Positions 50,302-64,000 of a stretch of 64,000 nt of DNA are shown here, piece by piece. Position 1 is the first letter of the stretch, and the number at the start of each line of letters is the position of its first letter. Position numbers and translations under genes: made by a program. The stretch spans positions 16,430,001-16,494,000 of the forward strand of contig OZ320323.1 in the NCBI GenBank assembly GCA_976226885.1, in the 5' to 3' direction. The DNA is from Iphione sp. A-MEVVRFRX5. Taxonomy: Eukaryota. Under the pieces are notes generated by a model. The model did not search any database, had not been told where the DNA came from, and saw only the letters and a program-made list of their open reading frames with translations.

Positions 50302-51624
50302 AGACAGAGAAAGGGAGAAAGAAAAAGGGAAAGAAAGAATACAGGAAGAGAAAGATAGGTAGAGAGGGAGACATCAAGAGAGAGAATGCTGAAGAGTAAC
50401 AGACAGAAAAAAATTGGATAAGGAGGAGCTTAGGCCGGAGGAGCCGGGGGAGCAGGTGAAGGAGGAGCAGAAGGAAGGGGAGCAAGGGGAGGGGCAAGAA
50501 CAAGAAGAGTAGAAGGAGGAAAGTTTCACCGGGTCTGGGACGAATGGTCATGTTTACCTCTCCTCCCTATGATAATAGCGTTGATAGAGAGCGGTCATGC
50601 CGAGCGGGGCCGACTTATCGCCAGCTAGCATGGCCACTCAATTCTCTCCCGGCGCTCACTCCCCGGAGAAACACAAGCCTTATGTATGTTTCATGAAGTC
50701 AGGAACAGGGGTCCCCGATCATTCAGTTTGGTGACTGTGAGGCGGGGAGGTGGAGGAGTTGGGGGGGGAGGGGGTCAGAGCTGGAGCTCTGGGTTTAGTA
50801 AATGAAACGAAAAGGAATAGGAGAGTCAAAGAGGAGAGCGTCAATGAAGACTGTGGCGTAAAGACGACAGATAGAAAGAAGGATAGGCATTGATTGAGGG
50901 TTTATGATGAGTCCATAGGGGAGCAAAAGTAGCACTAGAGCACAAAAAAACAGGAGCGGAAAAGCCAAAAAGATATGGGTCAGGATATTGACCGAAGAAA
51001 AAAGCCACTATTCTGTGGAGGAGTACAAGAGGACTGCAGCAAAGCATGTCGTGGGAAAATTAAAGAGGGCCATTATGGGAGGGATGGGCAATGACTGTAA
51101 TTCATGGGGGGATACAGTAAGAATGGGAAATAGACCTGTTAAAGATGATACAAAAAGAAGAGAGATTGAAAGAGAGAGCTGGCTGCTTGCAGGGGCGTCC
51201 GGGAGCATGAGAGTAAAAGACCACATCAAGAACATGTAACGACGAGAGCTAGGGATGGAGGAGGGGAAAGGAGACGAAATCGTTCAGCGAGGGAGCAGAA
51301 CAGCAATGGTGGAAACGACCTCCCGGGAAAACTGAAACAAATGGACACGGGCAGAGAGATGGACAAAGCTAGTCCAAAGACTGATGATAGATTTATACAA
51401 ATCTATATACAAAAGCAGAAACTAGGGATGGTGAATTATGAAAACCCACTGGAGCTTGCGACTCTCAGAAAGGGACAGGAGGCAAAACAAAACCGAGAAA
51501 CACGAGGTCACGAACACTCGTTCTACCAGTTCATACATTTGGAAGTGAGACAGTCCATTGAGCAAAACACAAGTGACCTGAGCAGTGGCCCAGAGTAGGC
51601 AAATTCTACAATATGGGTGGCACA

Positions 51625-51955
51625 ATCAGTTCACCCCATAAGCAAGGAATATCACAATCAGCTCCATCAACAATGAATATCACAATTAGCTCACTCCACC
51701 AATAATGAATATCACAATCAGCTCACTCCACCAATAATGAATATCACAATCAGCTAACTCCATCAACAATAAATATCACAATCAGCTCCATCAACAATGA
51801 ATATCACAATCGGCTCACTCCACCAATAATGAATATCACAATAAGCTAACTCTATCAACAATAAATACCACAATCAGTTCACTCCATCAACAATGAATAT
51901 CACAATCAGCTCACTCCATCAACAATGAATGTCACAACCAGTTCAGTCCACCACT
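51625..51955 (+). repeat. Minisatellite, 28-33-bp unit x ~10
   Basis: Consensus AATGAATATCACAATCAGCTCACTCCA(T/C)CAA(C/T). Confidence 0.92.
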
Positions 51956-52517
51956 TACTGTGGTCATAGCCAACTCACACTCTCCTCAATTTACACCTTC
52001 TTGATGGAATCTCTCACCTTAAAACTCTCATGCTGTCTTGATGCTTAACTTATTTTGCACGGCGAAAGAGGATATTGACCAGTATTGACTAACACCAAGG
52101 CAAAAATATGTGCTTTGATTCTTATCAAATAGACGGCTCATTTGAAAAAAATTCTTCTCTTGACTTGTAAGTTTTCAACTTGCAGCCCGGTGCCCAGGTC
52201 GTTTGAACAATCTATCGGAACCATCACTTAAGCCCTGTTCAATCCCACCCCTCCTCCGCAAATGTCCCCTAGAGAAAACCAAACTGACGATAAATCTCCC
52301 CCACGACACACGCCCCTACCTCTAATCTCACATCAACTTCCATTCAGCTCAGCAACAAACCATCGAGGTCCCAGGCTGGAGTGGTAGCCCCCCAGAAAGA
52401 CTTGTGGTGGAGTGAGGCAGGCCACTGACCTCGGCGGGACAGTGTTGTGCTTGGAATAGGTCTGGCTGTCAACAGGTCATATTACCCTGTAGATAACATC
52501 CCGTGGCTTAAAATTGT

Positions 52518-52519
52518 CA

Positions 52520-52597
<78 letters not shown>

Positions 52598-52602
52598 TCT
52601 TT
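52518..52602 (+). repeat. (CT)n microsatellite
   Basis: Direct reading. Confidence 0.95.
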
Positions 52603-55600
52603 CTTGTTGTCTCCTATTTTTGTACAGGCACACCTGTAATAGTGGATGGATAAGTATCAGGACGGGCTTATCCGGCAGTCACTCAATGACATCAGTTGGC
52701 TACACATCTTACATGATCCCTATAAAGCTAGCAGCCGACCCAGAGACACTTAAATGTCATTAAAACCTTACTGGAAATGAAAGAGAACACCTACATGTAG
52801 GCCTGCAGTTTGAAAATAAGAATTGCGAGCGACAGGTTATTGTAGCCACTTTCGCTCGGAATAGTGGGTGAATGTAGTGTTGAGGTTTTACTTAATTTAA
52901 CCTTTGTCGGTCCATGTGTGAATATCAGCAACATCGAATCAATTTTTAAGATCCTTGATCCTGCCTTTCTCTAGTTTTCACACCACTTTCATAGATCCTA
53001 GATTTTCAATACATGTATTTATATGGAGCCCTAGATATGTTCCACCTTTCCCGCCGGCTTCACTACGTACATCACTATCTATACTGTAGCACCTTGTTTA
53101 TGGTGTAGAACATGCCGGGCGTCCGAGAGCATGATTTAGTACCAGTTCTATGTACCTCTATCCTCCCACTCCTCATCCTCTCTCATCATCTCCTTTCGTC
53201 CAACCCTGCTTCGTGCCACCGCTGCTAGCCGGCCAGACGTCCGGTCTGCCATGGAGGCACAGCGCAACAAATTCCAGACATATTGTGTCATCCCGGCGAC
53301 CTCTCCAAGTCCACCTCTTACGCTACCGTCTAGTTCGTGTTATTAGTTTTCAAATCAACTTTGCCCTCCTCACCGTGGACAAACTGACCATACGTTTCAT
53401 TGACGCTTGCCTAAACGAGCACGAGTAACCTGCTTACTTCACTGACAGACAGGAGTTATGATGTCTTCAGCTGGCTCGGAATTAGTTCATAAAACAATCT
53501 CGCTAAGAACACACAAACACATCCGACTTCAACAACCGGCTGTTCACAAGCGTGGTGCTTAACTTCAGTCTCCTCAAAGGCGCCGGGGGGCATCCTCAGC
53601 TGAATTTTGGCCAGCCCTAACTGACCTAAGGCCCTCTCTGGCCATCTCTACCCCACCCTTGGCTTATACCTGTCGCCCCGTCCCGCCATCTGGTGTTCAA
53701 AGGGAACTGAAGTGAATTTGACTATCATGTGACTTGGGTTAGTTTTACATGTCTGGGTTGCAGGCATCTGGGGAAGAAAGCGAAATATAAGAATTCAATG
53801 ACATGTAAATTTCCACAGACCTGTGTGGTGCATGCAGTTTTTTGAGTATACGATGTAAGATGTTTAAAATAGGAAATGTCCTTAAATTTCAAGCAGTTGT
53901 TGGTACTATGCTTGCATGTAGTTTTGCTCGAGCATAGACACGTTGTAAAATATGGCGTAAAGTATACCATGTTTCGCCTTGGCAACCAAATAGGCAATAA
54001 TCAAGGTCTTTCGTTGACTGTAGTCTACCGAATTGCCAGACAGTATGATAAAGTTGATTGAAATCATTAACCTGTATATGTAGCCACTAACAAACAGACA
54101 TAGAAGCTCTGTATAGACGCCAGCATTTGAGCCAAATTGACCTTACAATACTGTCCGTGCGTCTTTACCCCGTATTCGTGTTTGGATGAAACAGGTAAAT
54201 TCTGACAACGTGCAAAGACTTTAAAGTGGCCATGACAGGGAGTCTACTACGCCACCTGCCGACAAGAGACGGCAGACTTAGCAGCTAGTTACAACGTTAT
54301 AACGCGCCGCCATCTTTCATACGGCCAAGCCTCTCTTTCATCTCAACTTTGGCGGCCATCTTTGCTTCCGTCGAGCCAGCGACGGCGTGAGATGATTGGT
54401 TGAGAGATGTCATCGTGTTTGCCGCAATACTGGGTAAGTAAGCGATTTATACCTGCTGGGAAATAAGCGATAGATTTACATCAACTCGGACGTACTTGTA
54501 GGGCAAGGCCAGCGGGCCGGGACGGCAGGGCTGGGCATGCTTGAAAGGTGACTAAGGAAGAAGTATAGGGGTGGGATAGAAGTGGAGAGGAAGAATTATA
54601 TCGGACCGAGGTTTAGATAGAGAAAACCACTAGTTTAGGCAGTAGAGGTTCACGAATATGTGGAGACAGACAATAGCAAAGTGTATGGGTAGGAGAAGAT
54701 CATGGAACGGGACAGAGATGGAGAGTGAGGAAGAGGAGACAAAGAAGAGTAAATTATAAGAATGGGACAGAAATTGACAAAGGAGTAAAAAAGATCGTTT
54801 TAGAAATACGAAATTTACGAAAAAAGAGAAGAAAATTCCAAGGTATTGGATTGAAGGTAACCGGGGATAGGGAGGAAAAAAATGAAAGAAAACATGAGTA
54901 TATGTAGTGGGTTTCATGAGTCAACAAGAATTTGGAGCGACTGGAAAGAGGTGCAGTGACATAAGCTCAATAGTTGTGAGAGGGGAGAAAATAGAGAAAC
55001 AGCGAACGGAGTTGACCCTTTCCCAAGTGTTTAAAAAACATTGCGAAGGAATTGGTTGTTCACGCATTTTCCTGTGTTGCTCAACTATGTGTTTTGATTG
55101 GAGCAACCTTTATTATGGTATCACAAAATATTGTGATGTAGTGGGGTCTTTGACAGTTTGACGCAGATTCAATAGGAAAATGGTCCATTTATGTCAAAAC
55201 AAAGGTCAACAATTGAAACATACTGGTGTTTAATAGTAAAAGATGTTGGTCGAGTTGAAAAGAAAATATATTGAAATTAGGTTTGATCAAAATCGAGGGA
55301 ACTATAAATGAAGAAGCTCAGTGAGAGGAAATCGAATAAAAACTCAAGTAAAAATTTGAAAAGATGCGAGACAAAAAGTAATCAAAAAAGAAATATCTCA
55401 TGCCCGTAGAGGACCAACCGATGATGCTCATCTAATTGGCCAATCAAATCATATGGATGGCGGGGTCCTGACTTCGGATGCCCTTGGGTGACCTTGGGTC
55501 CGTTGTAGGTCTCGAAGATAGTTTATCGTCATAAATTTGGATGACGGCTCTAATTTCAAGATGGCGTCGATGATTATGGTGACAGCCCTTTAGGGGCAGC

Positions 55601-58419
55601 GACGCCTACCAGACGCTGATCATCATGCGCCGTCTATCGGCAGTTCTGTGAGTGATAATAATCAAACCATCGATGCAAATCATCACCGGAAGGCCCCTGT
55701 TATCGACACCTGCCGGAGGGGGGGGGGATCAATGCGGTATCTCCAAGGTTTCATTTACCCCCCCCCCCTCTCCCTTTCCCCTTCTAGCTGTTTCCCTGTA
55801 ACCCGCGGCAACCACGGTTCTCGGTTGTGTACTTCTCAACTTCGCTTACACTCATCTCTGCTTCATTCTTTTTCTCTGCTTCTTTCTTTCTTTCTTTCTT
55901 TCTTTTTTTCTTTCTTTCTTTATTTATTTACATATTCTCATTACCCAAATTGATTTTTTTTTCATTTGATCTTTGATTTCTTGATGTGATAATTCCCGAA
56001 GTTCTATTTGTTCCTGGTGGTTGTGTGACTTTTCTTTCTGTCCCTTTCTTTCCACCTTTTCCAATACAAAATCCAACGTCCCAGTTAAGTCGCAACTCCA
56101 CTCTCCCCCCCTCCACTAGTGGACTTCACTTCCCGTCAGTACCCTCTCATTACCCTAGTAATATGTAGTGCTCTTAGTCAGTTTATGATTTTTCGCCCCA
56201 GGAAGATCTACAGTGTTGTAGTATCAGCTGCTGTTCCCCACGTGCACAACAAACATTAGCACATATTGGTAGCTAGTTACTGGTTTACTAATGTGTATAA
56301 CTGATGGGAGGCCGATATCCCAGGGGTTTCACATGTGGGGCGTATGACAGAAAATATTATTAATTTTGAATACTTCATAAATTTATCTTAAATACACCTG
56401 AAGTACACTAATCAGCAGTTCACCCGGGCAGGCGGGACTGGTTTGGTGTGCATCAAGGAGGCAAAAAGATGATGTGGAGGAAGATTCAAGATTCAAAAGA
56501 TTTTTTTAAACATCTGACTATCGCCTTTACAAAGGCGTTGTTAACAGTACAGATTCCATAGTGTACATTGAGATTCACCTCTACCCGTTGCCATATATAC
56601 AATGGGGTTACAGCAAATCATTTGTGATACCTAGTACATGTATTCACATTGAGTGGAAGTCCACAGAAGCTACGTCCTTATAACTCTGTACAACATGTTG
56701 ACCCTTCCTTTTTTGTTCATATATTTATCTATTTATCGATAGATCTTTCTGCCTCCTTCCTGAAATTGCCCCCATTTCTCCGACGCTTTATATCGTTCTC
56801 TGTCTCACTCGATCGAGACACACTCTTCGCCGTTTGCAAGCCAGTAGGTTTGTCGGAAGGACAGGAGCTCAGACTGATCCGACAAAATGAACGACAGCTC
56901 AGCTATGAGTATATAGGTTCAACACGGAGCGAGCTGCTTAAATAGAGCTTAGGGTCGACATGTTAGCGTTAATTTATTCTAGACGTAAGCGCATCAGGTG
57001 TTTGCTTAGATGTGTGGGAGTGGATAGAGCGTGGGTTAAGGGGCAAATGTGTCATGACACTGAGCTGGCGCTGGAGCGAAACTGTAAAAAATATGTCACC
57101 ATTATAAGATATAATTTCTATGAAGCGGCTTCCTAACAAATAATTCACTTAAACTCATGAACCATACATTTCCAAATGATCCCGTGACGTAAATTTGTAC
57201 AACCAGGGCTACAGGCCTCTTTCGGAATGGCCCAAGGAGCCGTTTCATGACGCCCCCTTTCGGTCGCCCCCCTGTCACCCCTGAGTTCCCCCTGGAGGGT
57301 GATAATCTCTCTCTTTATCCAACTCTCCTGAATACTATCCTCCTACTAGAAACTGCCCCCCTCCCCCCCCCCGAGAGTATCGTTGTTTGCCGTCAAGTCC
57401 TACTCGTCGCAGGCGTGGGTTGCTCGAGTTCGAGACTATCCCTCGAGCACGAACTCATAAATGTTGCTCCCGGGGAGTCTCATCAAAGAAATCAATGTGG
57501 AAAAAGGCCCATCAACAGCTGACGATGGGGGGGTGGTGGTATTTCATCCTTGGTGGTGGCGTATCTCGTCCTTAGTATCACAATTCATCAACTGGGCGAA
57601 TATTAGGATAAATCATACTACTTGTATAGTAATACAAAAATAGAAGGAGATGGGTTGTTTTGTTGATATTATGCCGAACAATATAAGAGGACTGCACATA
57701 GCAATAATGTTCATGTGGGCTGGAATAAAGTTTGCATTACATGTTCTTGCCTGTAAAAAAACGGAACTTTTGAACCGAATTGGAAAAAATGCTCGTTGTT
57801 ACCATTTTGAACTGTACAATCTTCTCCTAAGTCACTCACGATGTGAAACAAATGGCCAGAATATGGTTTTTTATTTGTTCAATTTTGAGGCATGTTTTCC
57901 TCTTTTTACGTTCCATGTTGAGCTCCGACAGTATGACTTATGTAATTCTTCTGAATCAGATTTCCTCGCTTTGCATTGCTTACGTTGGTTTGCGTGTACC
58001 GGAATTGAAGATCTCGTCCCATAAGGATATTTTAAGAAACATATTTAAGGCAGGAATTCATTCGATGACCAATTACAGTACTTACTGAAACATTTACTAA
58101 TAACCCGCATTAAGAAGCACAACGGAAACAAGATACCACAGCTTCTTTCCTCAGGTCAGCCTCAGACCGTCACGAACCGACAAAAATAAAGAAAACTCCT
58201 TTGTTGCACACTCTGGTACAGCTCAAGACCTGTCTCGTTGTAACATTAAAATAGATACCTTCACTTGTTGCACTATTGCACCTAAAAGAAACAGTGCCTG
58301 TCTAATCCCATCAAGAAAGGAAAAGAATTTCTTAACTCTCTAATCCAAATAAGAAAATAAGAAAGGGTGTTTTTTACACTCTCAAACGTGGAGAGTACAT
58401 TGCATATCTTATCCAAATG

Positions 58420-58700
58420 AAGGAAGAAATTGTTCCTTCCTGCTCGCTCACACCGGGGAAGTTGAGGGGCGGCCTCATAGAAAAGTTGGAGACAATCACG
58501 TCTTTATTTCTCACTCTCGCAGAGTATGAGCCCCCCCCCCCCCCGTGGAATCTTCACCAAGGGGGGAGACACTGTCTTCTCGTGCTCTCTCACACCTCAG
58601 CAGCACAGGACCTTTCTCGGCTCATCAAGAAAAGGAGGAATGTCACTTCTTGCTTGCTCACACCGGGACAGCACAAGGATCTGCTGTCTCATTCCATCAG
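58420..58700 (+). repeat. Degenerate ~70-bp tandem repeat
   Basis: CTGCTCGCTCACACCGGG (~58440), GTGCTCTCTCACACCTCAG (~58582) and TTGCTTGCTCACACCGGG (~58650). Confidence 0.45.
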
Positions 58701-61700
58701 GAAAGAAAAAAAAACGTGCTTCAAGGGAAATCCATCTCTCATACAAAATGCTGCCCGCTCCTGGCTCCAGTTTTCCCGCGCGTTTATCTAAAACCCTGCA
58801 CCTGCATCTGTTTTGCACGTCTCTGGAGAAATTACGGCTGAGCGACGCGGTAATCCGAATTTACCTCCATACCACCACGCCGTGCGCGAACGCGAACTTC
58901 GCCGCACAGACTGGAGAGGGCGCCACGGGTCCGCGGGGTATTACGCATTCTGCCGAGCCAGAGCATCTGTCGCTCATCTGGCGGTGAATTCGTAGCTTCA
59001 GGAGGGGAGTAGGTGGCCACAGGGAGGATTCTTTAGGAGCTTCACTCCACCTGCTTTGATATGTTGTGGACACATGCGGACTGTAAGTAATGTGAGGCGA
59101 CGGTTAGAAAATTTTGAGGTACAATGTGCCAGGCAAGCTAGTGATTGGCAGGAGAAACATTCTATAAATCTATGTGAAGCTTTCCTGATAGATATAATAG
59201 ATGGATGAGGTCAAACTGAATGGTCCCTGACACTACACATACACACACATATATCCACGCACGGAGTGTTAAATATTTTCTTCAGAATTTTCCAAGAGCT
59301 TCATTTTTTTGTGAGAGCCACATCACAATCTTTCTCTTGAGAAATATTGTCAGCTCGTTAAGACACTCTTGAACTAAAACTTAAATATTTGCTATACACT
59401 TTCCTCAGAAACTGTTACCGATTTCAAAGTGCTTTAACAAGCAAGTATCATATAAAGCTGTAGGCAATTATTGTAAAGAAGCACAAAAACACCTGAGATA
59501 GGTAGGCAAGATTGTATTCACCAGTCATTTACTTCAAAGGCACTGTGACACTAATTTTACCTTGTGAAATCTTTTAAAAGTTTCACATGATAATATATCG
59601 TGTGATTGGAAGGAACTTGTCTGAAGGAGCCGAGGCAAGAATTGTGAATTCAGAACACGAAATTCAGATTATGCATTAGTTAGAAGCAAAGGGGCGAAGC
59701 GTTTTTTTATAGGACGTTAATTTCTATGTGTATATATCGAAATTTGGAAAATCCCGCCCATAACATGATTCCTTCATGTGTCACCCAATGGAGGGGATCA
59801 CTGTACGCATAAGTCACGATGCCGTACACGTAATTAAGACATCGAAAGGGGACTCAAACGTCGAAGAGTTAGGCACTGCGATAGAGCAACAGTTCGGTAG
59901 ATCGTATGACCCTTGGTGGCCTTGTGATGAGACAGTTCGGTACTTGCGGAATGGGTCGCTGATCCCCGGCGGCTGTTAATGGCCATTAGGGTTTGGCTAA
60001 TGTGTCTCCATGGGTACCAGCTTACTAGGGTGGTTCAGATGTTATCTTTGTGGAAGGTCATTGGGTGTAGGAGCAGGAGAGTGTGTGTATGTGTGTGTAT
60101 AAATGTGTACGTGTGTGTGTTTACGTAGCTCGCAGGAGGGAGCAAGGAGGTAATGAGGCGCGCTGACAAGAGCGTTATAATACAATTGGACACAGGGCTA
60201 CACACTCGACAAAACATTATGAACTTAGAAATTGTCCCTTAACGCCACTTTTTGCCAGATAGTCAGATGGTATGCCAAATCGTTCTCCCCCGGCGAAACC
60301 ATGTTTCCTTTACATGTGGTTCCCATAGCCCCTACCGAAGGTCTGGCCATCAGTCTTTGATGCTCATCAATATCTCTTACCTTCCCATCCGACACACTTC
60401 TCTGACTTTCTCTTCTTTCGATTGCCCTCTATGTTCCATGCCTTAATGCCTATTGTTTTCTTACTTACGCGGAAACTTTTTTCTGGGGTAATGGAAGTGT
60501 TTTATGTTTCGATATCGGTAGAGGTTGACGGTGTGACAATAAACGTTAGAACAAATACAAGCAACCTCCGTTTTTTATTGATTGTACTGTTGGGCTATCT
60601 TACAGATCCAACATTAGAAATATGGAGGAAGGGATAGAGAGTGGAAGAACTGAAATGTAAGGACTATCTGTTTGTGTATGAGAGATAAAGAAGTAAAATT
60701 CTTGAGACGACAAACACAGTTTGGAGTGTCCTGTATGATTTTCAGTGGCCCTTGTTTAACTTGACTACATAGAGGATGTTATCCACACAACTTATCTCTA
60801 CACGAGGGAAAACTTAAATATACATACCATGTACTAAATTAGATACTATGTGTCTTCGTTCCATCGCCATACATTTCAACAGCAACAGATGCAGATGTTC
60901 TTATCAGAGTAACCTGATTTTTACACGACGTACATACAGAGAAGGGATAGGGAGATGGAAAAGTCATTAGGAGGAGAGGTAGTGGACAGAAAGGGAACTT
61001 GAAAGGAAAATAAGGGTACGTGTCGTGTTAAATACGGTTTGCTCTGCCCTGCAATATCTGTACAACCTGACTTGCAAAGAATTAGCCGAAACGAAAGTTT
61101 CCCATAGAAAGCAGATAATATTCAATTCTATTTCTGAAATCCTAACATGTTTGTATTAGGGGGAAAGTTTCCTCCGTTGACTGTATGTGTACAAAGGTGC
61201 AGCACGTTTCAAAACTTTACTGGGACTTTCCTACCTTGAGGAGAAGAGTTTGGCCGGGTATACTCTAGGGAAACATATTCCCAAGACAATTGGACAACGC
61301 TCTGTTCTAACTGCGCCCGTATAACGTCCGCACAGTGTCGAATTACAGCGCCGGAGATCGTTTGGACCTCATCAGGTGGACCGGCGGGACAGGTGTAATG
61401 ATCAACAGTTGGTTTTGTCTGACTCCCCGACGACACTTCGGGGAAATTCCCGCCAGCCAGAGGTGTCAATATTTAACTCCGTCTCCCGCCATCGGTCGTG
61501 AAAATGCACCAATCTTACCCACTTCAGGGCATAAGTTTCAATTTAAAAACAAGAGACACGATCTTTCCGGAGAATACAGTGTGGAAAACCCAACGCAAAT
61601 GAAGGGTAAGCGTAGAATTTCGACTCGGAAACAAAAACCCGTTCCGTGGAGGTGTTGGGTATTAAATGTGGGTGATCAGAAAATTGATTGCCGAAACAAT

Positions 61701-62441
61701 CTCCCTTCACCTAAGGGCAATGAACTTCAATTTGCAAACAGGAAGGAGAGTTGGGAGGAAGTTTTTTTGGGTCGGAACATCGGTGATTACCGACGAGCTT
61801 GTTAAAAGAGACCAGTTTTAACCCACTCAAATCCGCGAGATGAATTTCAATCAATAAAGTAAAGCCGGAGACGGCCTTTGAACAGAGAGACCTGGTGAAC
61901 GCGGTGATTGAGGGAATTCGCAAACAGAATTATTCGTTAAGAACGAATCAGAAAGAAAACCGAAGGACGTTTAACGAAACCTGTCCGGGATTATTGATAT
62001 CTATACTTTGAGAATAACATTATTTAGAATCGAAATTCTGCACAATTATGTAAATGAATTCGTACACATCAGCATACAGAGGGGTACACATACGTGGACG
62101 TACAATTCACCTATGCAAAAAATCCCCCATCCCCGCATGTTAATACATGTATGTTGAAAAAAGCTGAACCAAACATGGAGGATCACCAACACAAACACCA
62201 CGTCAACAGATACATCATACATATATATATATAGCCAAACAAAATAGTACATGTACAAATACACATGTACACACATATTTTAACCCAAATCCATCCACAA
62301 AGTCCGACATATGCCTCTTATACATTCTCACACAGGAACGTACACCAGCAACGCATGTCCATTAAACCCTGGCCCTCCGCTCACGGCCAAACGCTGATGC
62401 CCTTCCCCACAGACAATCGCACGCACATCAACACGGTTCCC

Positions 62442-62447
<6 letters not shown>

Positions 62448-62485
<38 letters not shown>

Positions 62486-62518
62486 CAGAGAGACAGAGAG
62501 ACAGAGACAGAGACACAC
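62448..62518 (+). repeat. (GA)n/(GACA)n microsatellite
   Basis: Direct reading. Confidence 0.95.
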
Positions 62519-62974
62519 ACAATACACTTGCTCATGCACTCCCACATAACTCGTGTTTTAAAATCATCTGTTGGTACGCGTGGTAGGCTGTGTTACATTT
62601 TAAGCTAGTACCCGGCCTGCCTGCTTGTGAAAGCAAACATCGGCAGGTAATCAGCGCAGATTAGATTCCGCCAGCAGTCGAGTTACGCTCAAACGAGCAG
62701 CTCATTTCCACCTCTCCGCCATTTGCATTTTTTTCAGGCTCAACGTTCAGCTTGTCTGCTCTCGCTTTCCAGCATAATATCAAGGAGGATGGCTGTAATC
62801 TTGCTAAGAGAGCTAATTCAAGTACCATCTCTTCCCCCTTAAACACCATGCAAACCCAAACAGCTGTCGACTAATCAAAATATCTTGCGAGACAATACAC
62901 CAGACGGCGCTGCTGTGTCATTTCTTTTCGAACCACCCGTTAACTCCGCAGGAGCCGGTTTTGTATCTTGAATG

Positions 62975-64000
62975 GGGGCCTTAGGCCCCCCAAACAAACC
63001 AGTGTGGGGGGCCTCAGGCCCCCTCGTGCATGGTGCAGTGGAAGAACCTCCACCTCAGAAAATAGTTCCCCAAGAGGGGGCCTAAGGACACCCTTCTATG
63101 GTGTAGGGGGCCTTAGGACACCCTTTTAAAGTAAAGGGGGCCTAAGGACATCCATCTCAAAAACAGGGGGCCTAAGGACACCCATTTCAAAGACATGGGG
63201 CCTAAGGACACATACTGTTGACCTCAATAGAGGGGGCCTAAGGACACCCTCCTCCTGTATGTAGGGGGCCTAAGGACACCCTTTTCAGGTATAGGGGGGC
63301 CTAAGGACACCTTCCCTCTGTATGTAGGGGGCCTAAGGACACCCTTCTAAAGTAAAGGGGGCCTAAGGACACCCATTTAAAAGACAGGGGGGCCTAAGGA
63401 CACCCATTTCAAGGACAGGGGGCCTAATGACACCTTTGAGCTTAATAGTGGGGGGCCCAAAGACATCTTCCTCCTGTATGTAGGGGGCCTAAGGACACCC
63501 TTTTCAGTTATAGGGGGCCTAAGGACACCCATCTCAAAGACAGGGGGGCCTAAGAACACCATTGGCCTAAGTGAAGGGGGGCCTAAGGACACCCTTCTGA
63601 AGTAGAGGGGGCTTAAGGACACCCTTTTCAGGTATAGGGGGCCTAAGGACACCCATCTCAAAGATAGGGGGGCCTAAGGACACCTTTGAACTTAATAGAG
63701 GGGGGGCCTAAGGACACCTTCCTTCTGTATGTAGGGGGCCTAAGGACACCCTTCTAAAGTAAAGGGGGCCTAAGGACACTCATTTCAAAGACAAGGGGGC
63801 CTAAGGACACCATTGACCTAAGTAGAGGGGTGCCTAAGGACACCCTTCTGAAGTAAAGGGGGCCTAAGGACACCCTTTTCAGGTATAGGGGGCCTAAGGA
63901 CACCCATCTCAAAGATAGGGGGCCTAAGGACACCCATCTCAAAGATAGGGGGCCTAAGGACACCTTTGAGCTGAGTAGAGGGGGGCCTAAGGACACCTTC
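62975..64000 (+). repeat. Higher-order minisatellite: 30 copies of GGGG(G)CCTAAGGACACC with short variable spacers (runs off the window)
   Basis: 30 cores from 63076 to 64000 with a ~31-bp period. Five recurring spacer types. Two palindromic lead-in units GGGGCCT(T/C)AGGCCCC at ~62975 and ~63008. Confidence 0.95.

Noticed and set aside
57419-57445. GAGTTCGAGACT resembling a Pol III B-box (tRNA/SINE)
   Set aside because: No A-box at the right distance and no cloverleaf or SINE tail.
63076-64000. CRISPR array
   Set aside because: Spacers are only 11-17 nt and recur in blocks, there are no cas genes or leader, and the context is eukaryotic. It is a higher-order minisatellite.

Overview
Eukaryotic, repeat-rich genomic DNA. 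Microsatellites, GT-AG introns, CTCF/YY1-like motifs and frequent TACATGTA suggest a bilaterian invertebrate; the species cannot be determined from the sequence. No host protein-coding gene could be supported, and there is one 765-N gap at 40933-41697. The main object is an 8,952-bp PIF/Harbinger DNA transposon at 27240-36191 with 16-bp TIRs and a CAG target-site duplication. It carries the two canonical genes: a spliced DDE transposase (- strand, one in-frame TGA) and an AT-hook + Myb/SANT-like gene (+ strand). It also appears to carry two extra spliced + strand genes of unknown function. These two are paralogous: they share an ungapped ~62-aa beta-rich segment with an intron at the same position and phase, and a repeated GGx[QE]xxHY[ED] acidic motif. 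The last exon of the second accessory gene appears to lie antisense inside transposase intron 1, so the two genes are interleaved. The rest of the window is microsatellites, minisatellites (including a CRISPR-looking higher-order array at the right end), MITE-like elements, a 147-bp foldback, decayed LINE-like fossils and a few promoter-like motif clusters. All gene models were built by hand from splice signals and frame continuity, with no transcript or database evidence.
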